From the NCBI RefSeq assembly GCF_001447785.1, contig NW_015163615.1, positions 58,342 to 122,341 on the forward strand: DNA of 64,000 nt, in the 5' to 3' direction. Origin of the DNA: Gekko japonicus. Taxonomy: Eukaryota. The notes below the pieces were generated by a model. That model did not search any database and was not told where the DNA came from. It saw nothing but the letters and a program-made list of their open reading frames with translations. Positions 1-12,800 of the stretch are shown here, piece by piece (position 1 is the stretch's first letter; each line of letters starts with the position of its first letter). Both the position numbers and the translations under genes were made by a program.

Positions 1-104
1 CACAGAGGCGTAGAAAGGGTTTTGTTCCTTTGTCTATTTACTGGCAGCCAGCTGAGGCCTCCCGTCTCCCCTCCCCAAACTCTGGCTTCCTTAAACTGGC
101 TTCC

Positions 105-380
105 TTACCTGGAGCTGGCAACCCTATGAATTCCTCACAACAGCCACTGAGGGAAACCTTTGTCCCAGACAGGAGCTAAGCAATTGAACTGTGTTTGTCG
201 GGAGACACAGAGCTTCTGACACAGAGAATAGTGGCTGAAAGGGAAGTGGGCGGGGAAGAGAAGCAGACCCGGCCAATGGCACGCCAGTAGTCTTGACTGG
301 CAGCCAATGGCTGAGGGAAGCGCATGCAATCTCGCCACCCCATAGGACAGAAGCCACCACCATTTGGCTTTTATATATAA
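105..380. promoter_or_regulatory. Promoter-like cluster and possible non-coding first exon of a minus-strand gene leaving the window (GFRA3 expected by synteny)
   Basis: GC box ~248-255, CCAAT at ~273 and ~304, TATATAA ~374-380, and a minus-strand donor CAG|GTAAGG at ~108. No coding evidence is visible. Confidence 0.3.
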
Positions 381-1283
381 GGGAGATAAGAGAGATAGAG
401 ATATGCCACTCACAATTAGCAGGGCCATTATTCTTCTCTCAGCTTTCCCTTTCCTCTCCATATCTTCCACTCCCTCACTGCAGCATACCTCTCCTTGCCT
501 GCGCTGGTGATGCTTAAAAAGAAGGAGCACTGGCAAACCAAAAACAAACCCAGACAGATGGGTCTCTGCCTCTGAGCCAGCAGCTCTTAAGAGGATTGGT
601 GTACTACAGTGCCTGTGATAATAACCAGTACTGCAGAGCCTATGATAACCAGAAAGCCTTGCAACAGAAAGCAAATGTCCAGTTCCAATGAAATTTTAGA
701 GACTTATAAGATAGGGTGTCATAATTTTTTTCACCCACAACTGTTAAAAAGCCATTATGCTGATGCTTCTGTAGGCAAACAGGGTCACTGTTCCATAGAA
801 ACGCAGAGAAGGGTAAACGGAGAAAGCAGATGACATTAGGCTAAGCTCTCTCACTCTCACACAGGTTCCCTGACCACAGCTGAGAACAGAGCTTTGCATT
901 TGAGTTGTTTAGGCATAGGATGGTCCCATACTATCTATCCTTTTCAGTTAGCACAGGCACCTGAAGAAAAGGGGCAGGTGTGTGCCATTTTCTTTATTAG
1001 CATCACCAGATTCTGCAGTGACTTTACAGCATGGAACAGAAAACTTCCTTTGCAACTGAACCCCAGCATCTAGAAAGGCAAGGTTAATATAGCTTCTGAA
1101 ACTGGGAAGCAAAAGGGTATTTTGGTTTCATTAATCAAGTTGTTCAGCCTAGTACCCAACATCCATGGTAGCTGTTACCCTAAATTATTAGGGCAGAGAT
1201 ACAGGCAGACCTTTAGGAGACAGTAATAATACTCCAGTAGAAAGCACATCTTGTGTGTTGGGTTATCGATAATGAGCTTTAGA

Positions 1284-1464
1284 TAAGGTTGCCAACAAGC
1301 CTGGAAAAAATGTCTCAACCCCTTAATTTAGATTTAATATGTGGAATTGGGAAGCGGAATCTTTTAATGGCATGGAGGTCAACAATATGGCCAGGCAAAT
1401 AACATCCCATTAAGCCTCTATTAAAGGGATAGGACATTTTTCTCCAGGTCTGTTGGGAACCCTG
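1284..1464. mobile_element. Fold-back hAT-type MITE
   Basis: AGGTTGCCAACAAGCCTGGAAAAAATGTC ... GACATTTTTCTCCAGGTCTGTTGGGAACCCT inverted ends; TSD not recognisable. Confidence 0.6.
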
Positions 1465-1479
1465 TTACCTGAGCCTCCT

Positions 1480-1895
1480 TAATTTCGTGTGAAGCTCAAG
1501 GCAGCTTACAATATAGATAAAATATAACACATAAAATCCATTAAAACAAAATTTAAAACCACAGTTTAGGACTGCTAGTAAATGAATCAAATAAAGATGT
1601 CTTTAACTGCCTCCTAAAGATTGAAAGTGAGAGGGCCAGGCACACCAGCCTGGGGAGGTTGTTCCATAACCATGGGGCTGCCACTGAGAAGAAGGCCCTT
1701 TGGATGTGTACCCAACCAAATGAGCCTCTTTGATAGATGGGACAGTCCGGAAGGCCTCTCCCTATGATCTTAATTCCTGGGCAGGAACATATGGGAGAAG
1801 ACAGTCCTTCAAATACTCTGGCACCAAACCACTTAGGGCTTTAAAGTTCAAAACCAACACCTTGAATTGGGCTCAGAACCAGATTGGTAGCCAAA
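1480..1895 (-). mobile_element. Old L2-type LINE 3' fragment
   Basis: CTTAGGGCTTTAAAG...CACCTTGAATTGGG and GAAGGCCCT/TTCCA motifs shared with the other L2 copies in the window. Confidence 0.6.
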
Positions 1896-2534
1896 AGAGG
1901 AAGAATGTCAGGATTAATTGCCTAGGGGAAAGAACAGGAGGAAACAAACAGGAGTGCAGATACTTGAAGGCAAAGAAAAGGCCTTATGTTAGACCATTGC
2001 TCCTCAAGTTTTTGTCTTCAACAGTGACCAGCAATGAGGTCACAGAAATTACAGGGTGACCACAGCACAAATGTGTCCCTTACAAACTGATGGAAACAAA
2101 CTGCAACATCCCTTATGGCTACTACTTGGCTTGTCTTGGACCTCCTTTTGGAAACCATTCTGTCATATTCTTAGGATGTAAAGTTACCCAACAGTCCATT
2201 TAAGGGGAGATACACATGCAACATTCTTGCGACACATCCAAACATTTCCATTCAGAGATTTCTAATTAATAACGAAGTATGTGTGAAGTGATTAATACTG
2301 CTGTGAACTGCAGGAAAAGAGGATTTCATTCAAAGACTGTGATCCAAATTGTACCGCATAAGTAGGACTGAAGTAAGACCATTCCAAGGATGGTATTAAA
2401 GCAAATAGGAAAAGGTAGATAAAAGGATAACAAAAATAGGGACAATGATATCTTTACTAGGACAGCCATACTGAAAATACAGCCTGGCTCACCTGTCCAG
2501 CTGATCCTTATAGGGAGCTCTGGGAACAGGTTCA

Positions 2535-2718
2535 NNNNNNNNNNNNNNNNNNNNNNNNNNNNNNNNNNNNNNNNNNNNNNNNNNNNNNNNNNNNNNNNNN
2601 NNNNNNNNNNNNNNNNNNNNNNNNNNNNNNNNNNNNNNNNNNNNNNNNNNNNNNNNNNNNNNNNNNNNNNNNNNNNNNNNNNNNNNNNNNNNNNNNNNNN
2701 NNNNNNNNNNNNNNNNNN
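2535..2718. other. Assembly gap (others at 4945-5056 and 61369-61424)
   Basis: Runs of N. Confidence 1.
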
Positions 2719-4559
2719 TTGAAGAACGTTGATCTACTCTTGGAGTTTTTCTGCACTATCAGTTTTGACATACACACCCCCATTATTATTATTTTTTGTG
2801 TGATTTGTATTCCATGGAGGAGATGCTCCCAGATGTTATTTTTTACTTCTGTAAAAATGTTCCAGTGATTATGTGACCATATGAGCGCCTTCCTAACAGC
2901 TTCCTCCATAAATTCTTTAAGCTCCCATGAGCACACATTAGGAGACTGTGACAGAACTTGATATCTGTGGTGCCATCTGACGGATTTAATTTTTGTGTTA
3001 GTTATTCAGTCGGCTTTGCTTGAAGTGATTGCATGGCAACTCACACATCAGTCAGTTAAGAGACAGGTGAATGATTGCTGCATTGTAGACCCCTGAGGTT
3101 AGGAATTGTGTGACTGGTGGGACTAAGTGACGGACAGAGATTTTGTTACCTGATGCAATTTATTTAAATGGCTCAATATGATCTTATTACCCATTCATGT
3201 TATTGCCTTAAGAAACTGAACTTAAATTGAATTGCCAGCTATGCAGACACAATGGCATTAAAGAAGTCACTAAATCCCACACACCCCTGGTATGTATTAC
3301 CTGGGCCATGTGCTTCTGCTGTCATCACCTCATTCTTCCCACAAGCAAAGGGTTTCTTTCCTCATGGACTTTGGCTTAAGCATTCTCATTGTGCCATCTG
3401 GTGGCATTTCTCTTGTCTAGCAGCTGATTTCTACTTCCGATCAACACCTCTTTCACTCGACCCACCAGTGAAACGGATTCCACCAATTCACTAGGCAGCT
3501 TATTTTGTTACCCACCTTCTGCGTTTGCTAAAAGGAAGCCGCTGCCATCACCTTGCTTCCACCCTTAAACCATAATTCTTGAGCTTCTTCCTCCCTGGCA
3601 GCAGATAAGGAGTTCTCCAACCAAATATTTTAATATTTCAAATCCAATTTGTAGAGAGTTGTGGTGAAATAGCTCTACTGTAAGAGAGGTATGGGTCCTG
3701 GGTTCAAGCTAAAGAACTAAGCCCCTCATCCATTTCTCACTCATATATTGCCATCCTTGCAGGATACAGAGACGCATATGCCACAGAGTACTAACTCCGA
3801 CCAAGGAAATTCATGAGGTGACTGGCACAGTCACTCTCTCTCAGCCTAGCCTGCCTCATATTGTTATTGACAGGAGGAACTGGATGCTCCTCTGAGTTCC
3901 TTGGCAGAAGGATGGGCCAAAGAACGTAATAAATAAATGTCACATAATTAAAGCTATACATACATAAATACTGGGAAGGCAACTGCCAGAAGTAGGTTAA
4001 ATACTCATCCCGCTTTTCTAAGGATGCCTTCAGACAAGCTCTTGTATTAGATTTCCCTTTTGTATTATACTCCCTTCATCCAAGTATTAAACTCTGTGTG
4101 TCTCCTTTACGTACATTCACAGGCTTGATAATCTGCCCTCCATCCCTTAATAAATGCTGAGTATGTGCAACTCACCTGTGAGTAAGTCATTAAAAGAGCA
4201 CACTTTTAAAACAAGTAGCCTAGACAACAGTAGAACCCAAGCAGTGACAGACTACTGGATGTGGTACAGACCCTGCAGCAGCTTACTGTGGGGTTTTCTT
4301 CACCAGAAGACAGGCATAATTGTCTGCCTGGATTCTAACCCGCAGTTTCAACATCTCCTAGTGGTCAATTGTGAACTAAGTTTCAAAAATATGGAGATAC
4401 AAGTCTAAATGCCGATGAACTAAAGATCATGTCTATAACTGTATATAAATTTTAAGAGATGCTCAGGACTGAGCTTGGGCTCCAGCTACAGAAGAAACTG
4501 GCAACTAATAGTGTCAGATTATAATTCAAGGGCTCTTGGTTTAACTTTACTGCCTAGGG

Positions 4560-6047
4560 CAGGGGTGTCAAACTCATTTGTTACAAGGGCCGGATCTGAT
4601 ATAAATAGGATTTTGTTGGGCAAGGTCATGTGTGTCATAACATGTAATGCCAGGTAGAGAACATATTAACTTTAAAAGACACTGACAAACACAATTAAAG
4701 GTTTTTTTAAAAACTTAAAATATAAACATGCTTAAAACAGTAACACTCTTTTATTTAACAGTCTTTGATAACTGACACTTCCCAAACCTCCCCCCCCCTT
4801 AAAATATGCCTACCTAAAATGGAAAGGTGGGGGGGGGATAGTGGGATTTGGCAATGCAATTTTTTAAATGAAACAAAGAAAAAGTACAAGGATCACAGCA
4901 GAAACTAAAAATATAAAATGCTCTGAGCCTAGGAAAACATGAAANNNNNNNNNNNNNNNNNNNNNNNNNNNNNNNNNNNNNNNNNNNNNNNNNNNNNNNN
5001 NNNNNNNNNNNNNNNNNNNNNNNNNNNNNNNNNNNNNNNNNNNNNNNNNNNNNNNNGATCAGGCCAAAGGCCCATCCAGTCCAACACTCTGTATCCCACA
5101 GTGGCCAGAAATACCAGTGCCATCAGGAGGTCCACCAGTGGGGCCAGGACATTAGAAGCCCTCCCACTGTTGACCCCCCCCCCAAGCACCAAGAAGACAG
5201 AGCATCCCTTGCCCCAGAGCCCCTAGCTATACCTTGTGGCTAATAGCCACTGATGGACCTCTGCTCCATATGCTTATCTAATTCCCTTTTGAAGCCGTCC
5301 ATGCTTGTAGCCGCCACCACTTCCTGTGGCAGTGAATTCCATGTGTTAATCACTCTTTGGGTGAAGAAGTCCTTCCTTTTATCTGTTCTAACCCGACCGC
5401 TCAGCAATTTCATGGAGTGCCCACGGGTTCTTGTATTGTGAGAAAGGGAGAAAAGTACCTCTTTCTCTACCTGCTCTTTCCCATGCATAATCTTATAAAC
5501 CTCAATCATGTCACCCCTCAGTCGTCGTTTCTCCAAGCTAAAGAGCCCTAAGCGCCTTAACCTTTCCTCATAGGGAAAGTGTTCCAACCCTTTTATCATT
5601 CGAGTTGTCCTTTTCTGCACTTTTTCCAAAGCTATAATATCCTTTTTAAGGTGTGGTGACCAGAACTGCACACAGTATTCCAAATGAGGTTGCACCATTG
5701 ATTTATATAGGGGCATTATGATATTGGCTGATCTGTTTTCAATATCACTCTGGACACTGCCATTCCAGTCCCAGAGTAGTATATCTGGGCCTAGAGACCT
5801 TAAAGGAAAATCCATTACACATTTTCTTTGCAGCCTTTTTTTATGCTTTAGCCCAGAGGTGCTTCCTGCTGGAGGAGAAACTATGTAGAGAAGGCCCAGC
5901 CAACTGGGAAGTTCGGGAGCTCTGATCTCCCTCGGAATGGTGAGGACAGGCAGGGAAGGGGTGGGTGGTGGGGGAAGAGAGCCATGGGCCTGGTTAAAGC
6001 CCTGGGTGGGTCGCTTCTGGCCCACGGGCCTTAGGTTTGACACCCTG
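4560..6047. mobile_element. Non-autonomous hAT (Charlie-like) element containing a nested CR1 fragment
   Basis: Ends CAGGGGTGTCAAAC and GTTTGACACCCTG; perfect 8-bp TSD GCCTAGGG at 4552-4559 and 6048-6055. Confidence 0.8.
5057..5750 (-). mobile_element. CR1 LINE 3' fragment (ORF2 C-terminus)
   Basis: Translation PLYKSMVQPHLEYCVQFWSPHLKKDI...LGLFSLEKRRLRGDMIEVYKIM...RTRGHSMKL...WNSLP is typical CR1. The 3' tail runs into the N-gap. Confidence 0.92.
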
Positions 6048-6452
6048 GCCTAGGGGATGTACAAAGCATAAGGACAGTACAGTGTCCTGACAATAGTCTT
6101 ATATGGTTCTCGGTGCCACCTAGATTGTAGGAAAAGTGGTCTAAAATAAAGTTTACACAATGACAGAGGGGTGGATGAGAGATCTCCAACCATATCTCTA
6201 ATTATACACGTGAGGAAAAGATCAACTGAAGTGATAAGTAGGTAACAGTCTTTCTGGTCTTGATAAGGGTGTCTAGAGCAGGCTAGTAAAAATATATCCC
6301 TCACATGAACTGGTATTTTGGCCTATTTGGGTCCAGCATAGTTCTAACACTAATATACATAGCAAAAAAGACAGGCTGCTCAAAATACTGCAGTCTGATG
6401 TTTGGAAGCACAGAAATGATCAGCAGCGAAACACCAGCATCTTTCAGAACAC

Positions 6453-6470
6453 TTTATTGTTTCATTAAAA
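6453..6470 (-). terminator. CDC25C poly(A) signal AATAAA with adjacent CPE (TTTTAAT)
   Basis: Minus-strand AATAAA at 6458-6453, ~425 nt after the stop codon; TTTTAAT at 6470-6464. Confidence 0.6.
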
Positions 6471-6883
6471 CCAGACACTTAAGTGAAAAAAACATAACAC
6501 AACATTAAATAAAGTCTCCCTCCGGCAGCTAGGCTTTGAACGTGGGCTATACAACACTATAGCCAGCTACCTTCAGACAGCATCTCAGGAGACAGTCTGA
6601 GTGTTGGCCTCCCCCAGGAACCAAACACTGTTTTTTTCCACAGTGTTATCAATTCTACTGGATCTCTTTCGCTGTGATACTTTGCATTCAGGCACAATGT
6701 TACCCAGATGAAGCTTGTGGAATCAATGTACCCCATTTCTGAGCTCTCCACATTGTCACAATGGCCAGATCCACTTTGTCCTGGCATGCTCACCTTCCTA
6801 GCCTCTGTGCAGAATCATCAGATGCAGGGACCTAAGGCCTTCCCTTTACAGGGGAGTCCTTCTTGCTTATTGCCTATGATACC

Positions 6884-9800
6884 TCACAGCTTCATGAGAT
6901 GAGCAATTTGATCCCTTCTCTTCCATTCTCCTGCCCGTGTCTTGCTTTTGACACGGAACTTGAGCATCTCTGCCTTGAAGTCCTGATGGTGCATGGGGCA
7001 GTAACTGTGTGGCTCACACATCTCCTAAGAGAAAAGGATGAAGTCAAGGACAAAGTCAATGTTAGAACACAGTCAGATTTTTTGTAACATAGGATCCAGT
7101 GAGTCCCTCACAAATTGCAATGAAAAAAAACAAAAACAGCCAATCAAGGAAATGAGTCTTATTAGATCCAGTGAGTCCCTCACAAATTGCAATTTTTAAA
7201 AAAAACAGCCAATCAAGTAGCTTGTGTTTTGCATACAGAGAGGAAATGAGTCTTATGAATAATTTCTTCTAGAGGCTCAGAAACCAGTAGTCTGAGCTTG
7301 ATGAAGAATTCTGTACCTGGTACCGCTTACTTTCTTGCCCTTCCATTCTGGTTCTATGTACCAATTCCCTGTCCAGCATTATTCCCCATGTGTGTTCCAT
7401 TCTAATTCCCTAGTCTATGCTCGACATTTGAAAACCTACACAAGAAACGTGTGTGTGTGGGGGAAGAGTCTGCAAGTGATCATGATCTCGTGTGCCTAAG
7501 TTTTTCTTGCATCAAAGTTTTCCCATACATCCTGTGTACAGTACACAGCAGCAATAGTTCACCAAGCTTCAACAGTGAGGGGGCACCTGTGCAGGATATA
7601 AACACTTAATAATAAACAAAGATGAATAAAAGGGAAGGCAAAAATTTATCCATCAAGCAAAGCATAGCTGAATTGTCTGTCCATATGAGAGCTGGAAGCT
7701 TTAGAGTTCTAATAACATCAGCAACATTTATCTTTCTATTTCCTAGAAGAACACAGAGCTGGGAATTATACAACAGAAGGCTTTTTATTTGCTGTTACCT
7801 TGTACTCTAGAAAAAAGTCCTTGTAGCCACCCTGAAGGACATACAGTTCAGGGTAGTGCAGTGCAGGATACTCATTCATGGCTCTGTCTTCTTCCCTCAA
7901 ATAACGACACCTTCAATCAGCGGGAAGCACAGTAAGCAAAAAGGCAAGAATTAGACACTCTGTCAAGGAATACCCCAGAATTTATTTTTCTTTCCCTTAA
8001 AATAGCTCCCCTGGCCTTACTGAGACTCACACTCACATCTTGGGGCCTCTTTCAGAGGAGAATTCACAGTGGAAGATAAGTACAAGACGCTTCTGTGGTG
8101 CTGACGGGAGAAGGGGCTTCCTCAGGAAATGCTCAAAGAGATCATCTTGTCTGTGGATGTTCAATGCTCCCTGCAACAGGGGAGTGGGAGATAAATTACA
8201 AGGATTATGTACAGAGAACAGCCCACTCCTTCCCTGGATATGACTCAACCAACAAATGAATTCTTCACCTTGATGTGCCCTCCATGATACTCATAGGGGT
8301 ACCGGCAGTCAATGATGCAGAATTTCTCTATAAGGCTCTGGAACTGATCATGGAGCAGAGCAGCCATCTACAAGCAGAGCAGAAGACTCCAGTTCAGCTG
8401 CAAAGGCTGCCCTTAGTACAAGGGTCCCCACAACCTTTTCGAGCCCATGTGCACCTTTGGAACTCTGGCAAAGCATGATGGGTGCAGCCACAAAAATGGC
8501 TACCACAGAATGGCTGCTGTAGGAGGCTGAGACAGCCACAAAATGGCTGCTGCCGTTTACCTTCTCTCACACAATGTAAATCCTTGTCTTGTGGTGACAG
8601 CTGCCGCCAAAGCAATGTTTTAAAATCTCCACAACTGATCAAATCTCCTATTTTTATTTATTTATTTATTCATTCAATTTATACCCCACCCTCCCTGCCA
8701 AAGCAGGCTCAGGGCGGCTTTTGGCCAATCAGAAACGGTGCTTGGCAAAAGCCCCACCTGCCCTCTAAAAACACTTGGTGGGCACTAGAAAATCTGTCAA
8801 TGGGCAACATGGCACCCACTGGCACCACGCTGGTGACCCCTGCTCCACTACACGGATGCCTATAAACCATTGAGACAGAGGACAGCCCCTGCTACAGGAT
8901 AAATTATAGTTCCAGTTGGGAACATATCGTCAAGTGCACAAAATAATATTGAGGATAGGACAAAATCTAATTTGGGTCAAGAACTACAGCTATCCTGCCC
9001 ACAAGGTAACCTCAGTTTTAGAATAGGACGTCAACAGAAACATGTGCAGAGCCAGAGTGCAGCATGCGTGGAGGACAGAGGAGACATACAAAGCCAAGGA
9101 CACACACAAAACAGGGGCCATTGCTCACAGTTTGCGAGGTGATATATCTCAGGTCCTGATGCCTTCCCATTACAGTTGGCAGTGCAAACACCTAGAGAGA
9201 GAACATGTGCCACATTTTATTTCTGGTATCTGGAGAACTGCAGAAGGCGCACTACCTAAATTCTACCACCAAAGTTGTGATTCTTAGTTGGGACACCAGC
9301 ACCACTGAACTCAGCAAGCTATACTTCTATCCAAGCAAGCATGCATACTTCATTTCATAAAAATACTCCACGTGCTCTGAAAAACAGCACAACTGTCTGC
9401 TTCATCCTGTTCTACAAGTTTACAAGGCAGAGTATTAAAACTCTAGATTAAAATTGTTGGATTTGAATAACCAGAGTTATGAAAACCTGGGAAAGTTTAT
9501 CTAGTCCTGACTATTTGAACAAAATATAAAGGTAGGTGGGCCATGGAAAAGTTCATTATGTGGGTCTGGAGAAGCACCATAGAGTACAATGATCCTACTG
9601 CCTTTGCACAGAGCAACATATGGTGCAATTCCCATTTGTGGCGAACGTGAATATTATTTATATCGGGTAGTTCCTGATTTAATGTATCACCTCACATTTT
9701 CCAAGTTTTCCTCCATGCCTTGATAGTGCCAGTACTGTTCTTACTTCTGATGTAGCAAACACCACTACTGGTATTTTAAGGTAGGCCTGAGCTTGTTGCC

Positions 9801-12800
9801 CAAGTTCACTGTCTGGGTAATTGACTAAGAGCAAAGCCTTTTGTTGGCAAAAAATTGCATAGACTAACAGTATTTTAAGATACTAGAATGATACAGCAGA
9901 GGGAGAATGGGGTAAAAAGTTGGGAAGCAATAGAAGTATTTCAAGAGATATGGAGAGGAACTACGAGTTCTGTAGAAGTACCGAAAACATACTCCCTGAT
10001 AATTGCTGCATGGTAGGTTTTTTGTGCTTTCAGCACTTTTTTTTAAAGCTTCTCTGCAAAGTGATGGCCAGAAGTTCTCTGGATTATGAAAGGTTCAGCA
10101 GGTTGTACCAAATATAATCCCCATTGTCCATGAATCAGTGTTATCCGCTCCCCCAGAGTTTTAACATGGAGAACTGCTGTTAAGGCAGCATACACAGATT
10201 TAATATTTTGTCCAAGAAATGTAAATAAACTTTCAGGTTGCAGAGCTGATGACTGAGTATGTAGAAAAGATTGATGTGAAACAATTGTGGATGCTTAAGC
10301 AAAATATATGTAACTATTCAAAGAATGTTACACAGCATAGTGGAGCCATTCCCCCCGCCTTTACACCAACAATTAGCAAGGCCCTTTCGCCCTAGCAAAG
10401 CCAGAACTTCTCCCATAAGCCTGAGAAAACCCCTGACTCAGAAGCCAGGAAGAAACCTACATTTGAGAAATCTCCAATTAGCTGTCTGCGGCCAAAGTCT
10501 TGGTCAAGTGCTCTGACAATCTCCATGTCAGAAAAGGAAGTTGTTTTTTTCAAAAGCACAACCTGTAAGCAAATCATAAGTCATCAGCTACACGTAAGCA
10601 AATGAGTCCCTGGTCAGCTTTTTACTGTCCATATAAGAGCAACACCAGAATTATCATCACCTCTGCTAGATGTGATGAGAGAAGAACAGGACAGGCAAGG
10701 GGAAAGGACAGCAAACATTTATGGGTGATAGCTACTTCTGACTCTTCTTCCAGCCAGGATGCTGGTGGTGACCATATCAACAACCAGATGGGCTGTATCT
10801 TGCTTTTAAATACTAGGTCAGTTACAAATGAAACAGCAGCCATCCTAGGATTTAATTCTAGATGAGAGGGCTGACTTGGCATGTATCACTGAGACCTGGC
10901 AAGGGGAGGGGGGAAGAGTTAACTTTTCCCAACTATGCATCCCCAGGCTACTCAGTGATGGATTAACATAGGCCTTGGCGGGCAGGGAGGTGGTTTTGTG
11001 TAGTCTACCAGGATCCTGTCTCCTTGGCTCAATGCCTTGTCCATAACTCTTCTGGATGACTTATGGTGGTGGACAGGAAGAATGTGAACCTGTTAATTCT
11101 CCTGGACATCTCAGTGGCTTTTGATACCATGGATGATGGTATCCTTCTGGACTGCAAGGCACTGTTCTGCAGTGGTTTCACTCCTGCCTCAAAGGTAGGT
11201 TTCACAATATGGTGTTAGGTGACTACTGCTCAGCCCCTTTGCATTTGGCCTACAGGGTCCAGCAACAGTCCATCTTGTCCCCCATGCTTTTTAGCATCCA
11301 TATAGAGCTGTCGGACAGATCATCTGGAGATCTAAACTGACTTGCCACCAATATGCAGATGACACTCAGCTTTATCTTGCACTTCTTGCAGATCCCAGGG
11401 GGGCTGTAGAAAATGTGATCAGTTGTCTGGAGGCAGTTCTGGAACTGATGAAAGCTAACAAACTGAAATGTGATCCCAACAAAATGGAGGTGCTGCTAGT
11501 GGAAGGAAGGTTTGACCCCAGGAATTGGGCTATCCCCTGTTCTGGTGGGGCTGCACTCCCCCTAAAGAACAGGTTTGTAGCTTTGGACCCCGGGCCTCTT
11601 ATCAGATAAACAGGTGGCAGCAGTGGCTAGGGTGCCTTTCTCCAGATTCGGCTGGTCAGCCAGCTGTGGCCCTTGCTGGGCAGAAAAGTTCTTACAACTG
11701 TGCTGCCAGCCCTGGTAGCATCTAGACTAGGTTACTGCAATGATCTGTACATGGGCTGCCCTGGAAGATTGTCCAGAAGTTATAGTTGGTACGGAACGCT
11801 AAGTGGAGTGGTTTGCAGGGACCATATTATACCTGTCTTGTTTCATCCAGTTTGGTGTAGCGGTTAAGTGTGCGGACTGTAATCTGGGAGAACTGGGTTT
11901 GATTCCCCACTCCCCCACTTGCACCTGCTGATGTGACCTTGGGTCAGTCACAAGCTCTGGCACAGCTGTCCTTGAAAAAGAGCAGTTTGTGTCAGAGTTC
12001 TCTCAACCCCACCCACCTCACAGGGTGTCTGTTGTGGGGACGGGGAGGGAGAGGGGTTTGTAAGTCGCTCTGAGACTCCAAGTGAAGGGCGGGGTATAAA
12101 TCCAATCTCTTCTTCTTCTACTCTGACTCCTAAATTGCTTTCAGGCCCTGTCCACTCCAGTCATCTGCAGAAGCCCTCTTTGGGTCCCCCACCACCTGAG
12201 GATAGACAAGTGGCAGCCCATTTGGCATGGTACCAAAACCTTGGAACTCTCTCCCTAGGAAGATTCATCAGTCTCCCTCTACTGTTATCTTCCACCAGCC
12301 AGTGAAGACTTTGTTTTGTTTGACATCCCCCTGCTAACTGTTCTTGGTCCTCCTCCCTGACTGTGTTGTGTGTTTATATGTTTTAATGTTTTGATGTTCG
12401 CCACCTTGGGGGGGAAAGGTGGCACACACAGTTTGAAATATCAAAGTAATACTATAAATAGTAATGTCTTTTTTGCCTTTACTGGTTCATGCAATAGATA
12501 CTGGAAACCATAGTTGGAACAAACACAACTGTACCCCATCTGGCTGTTCTTGGATCGGGCTGTGTTTTTGCTTCACCTTCATGAGAGTTTCATCACCATG
12601 GTTCTTGACTGTCTGCTTCAGCACAGGCCTGTTCAGTTTTTCTGGCAGTGATGGTGATCGGAAGAGACGGTTCTTGTTCATGGAGGCCTGCTCAGACAGT
12701 ATGCCAACAGGAAAAGAACATTGGGAGGGGAGGGCAAAAACCTTTCCCAGTTCTCTTAAACACACTGACAAAAACATCAGGATTTCCAAAGAGAATGCTA

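Noticed and set aside
135-674. 179-aa ORF as the first coding exon of GFRA3
   Set aside because: No recognisable GFRA sequence, and the frame stops before the candidate donor at ~108.
5240-6043. 267-aa minus-strand ORF as a host gene
   Set aside because: The C-terminal part is CR1 ORF2 and the N-terminal part reads through hAT MITE sequence.
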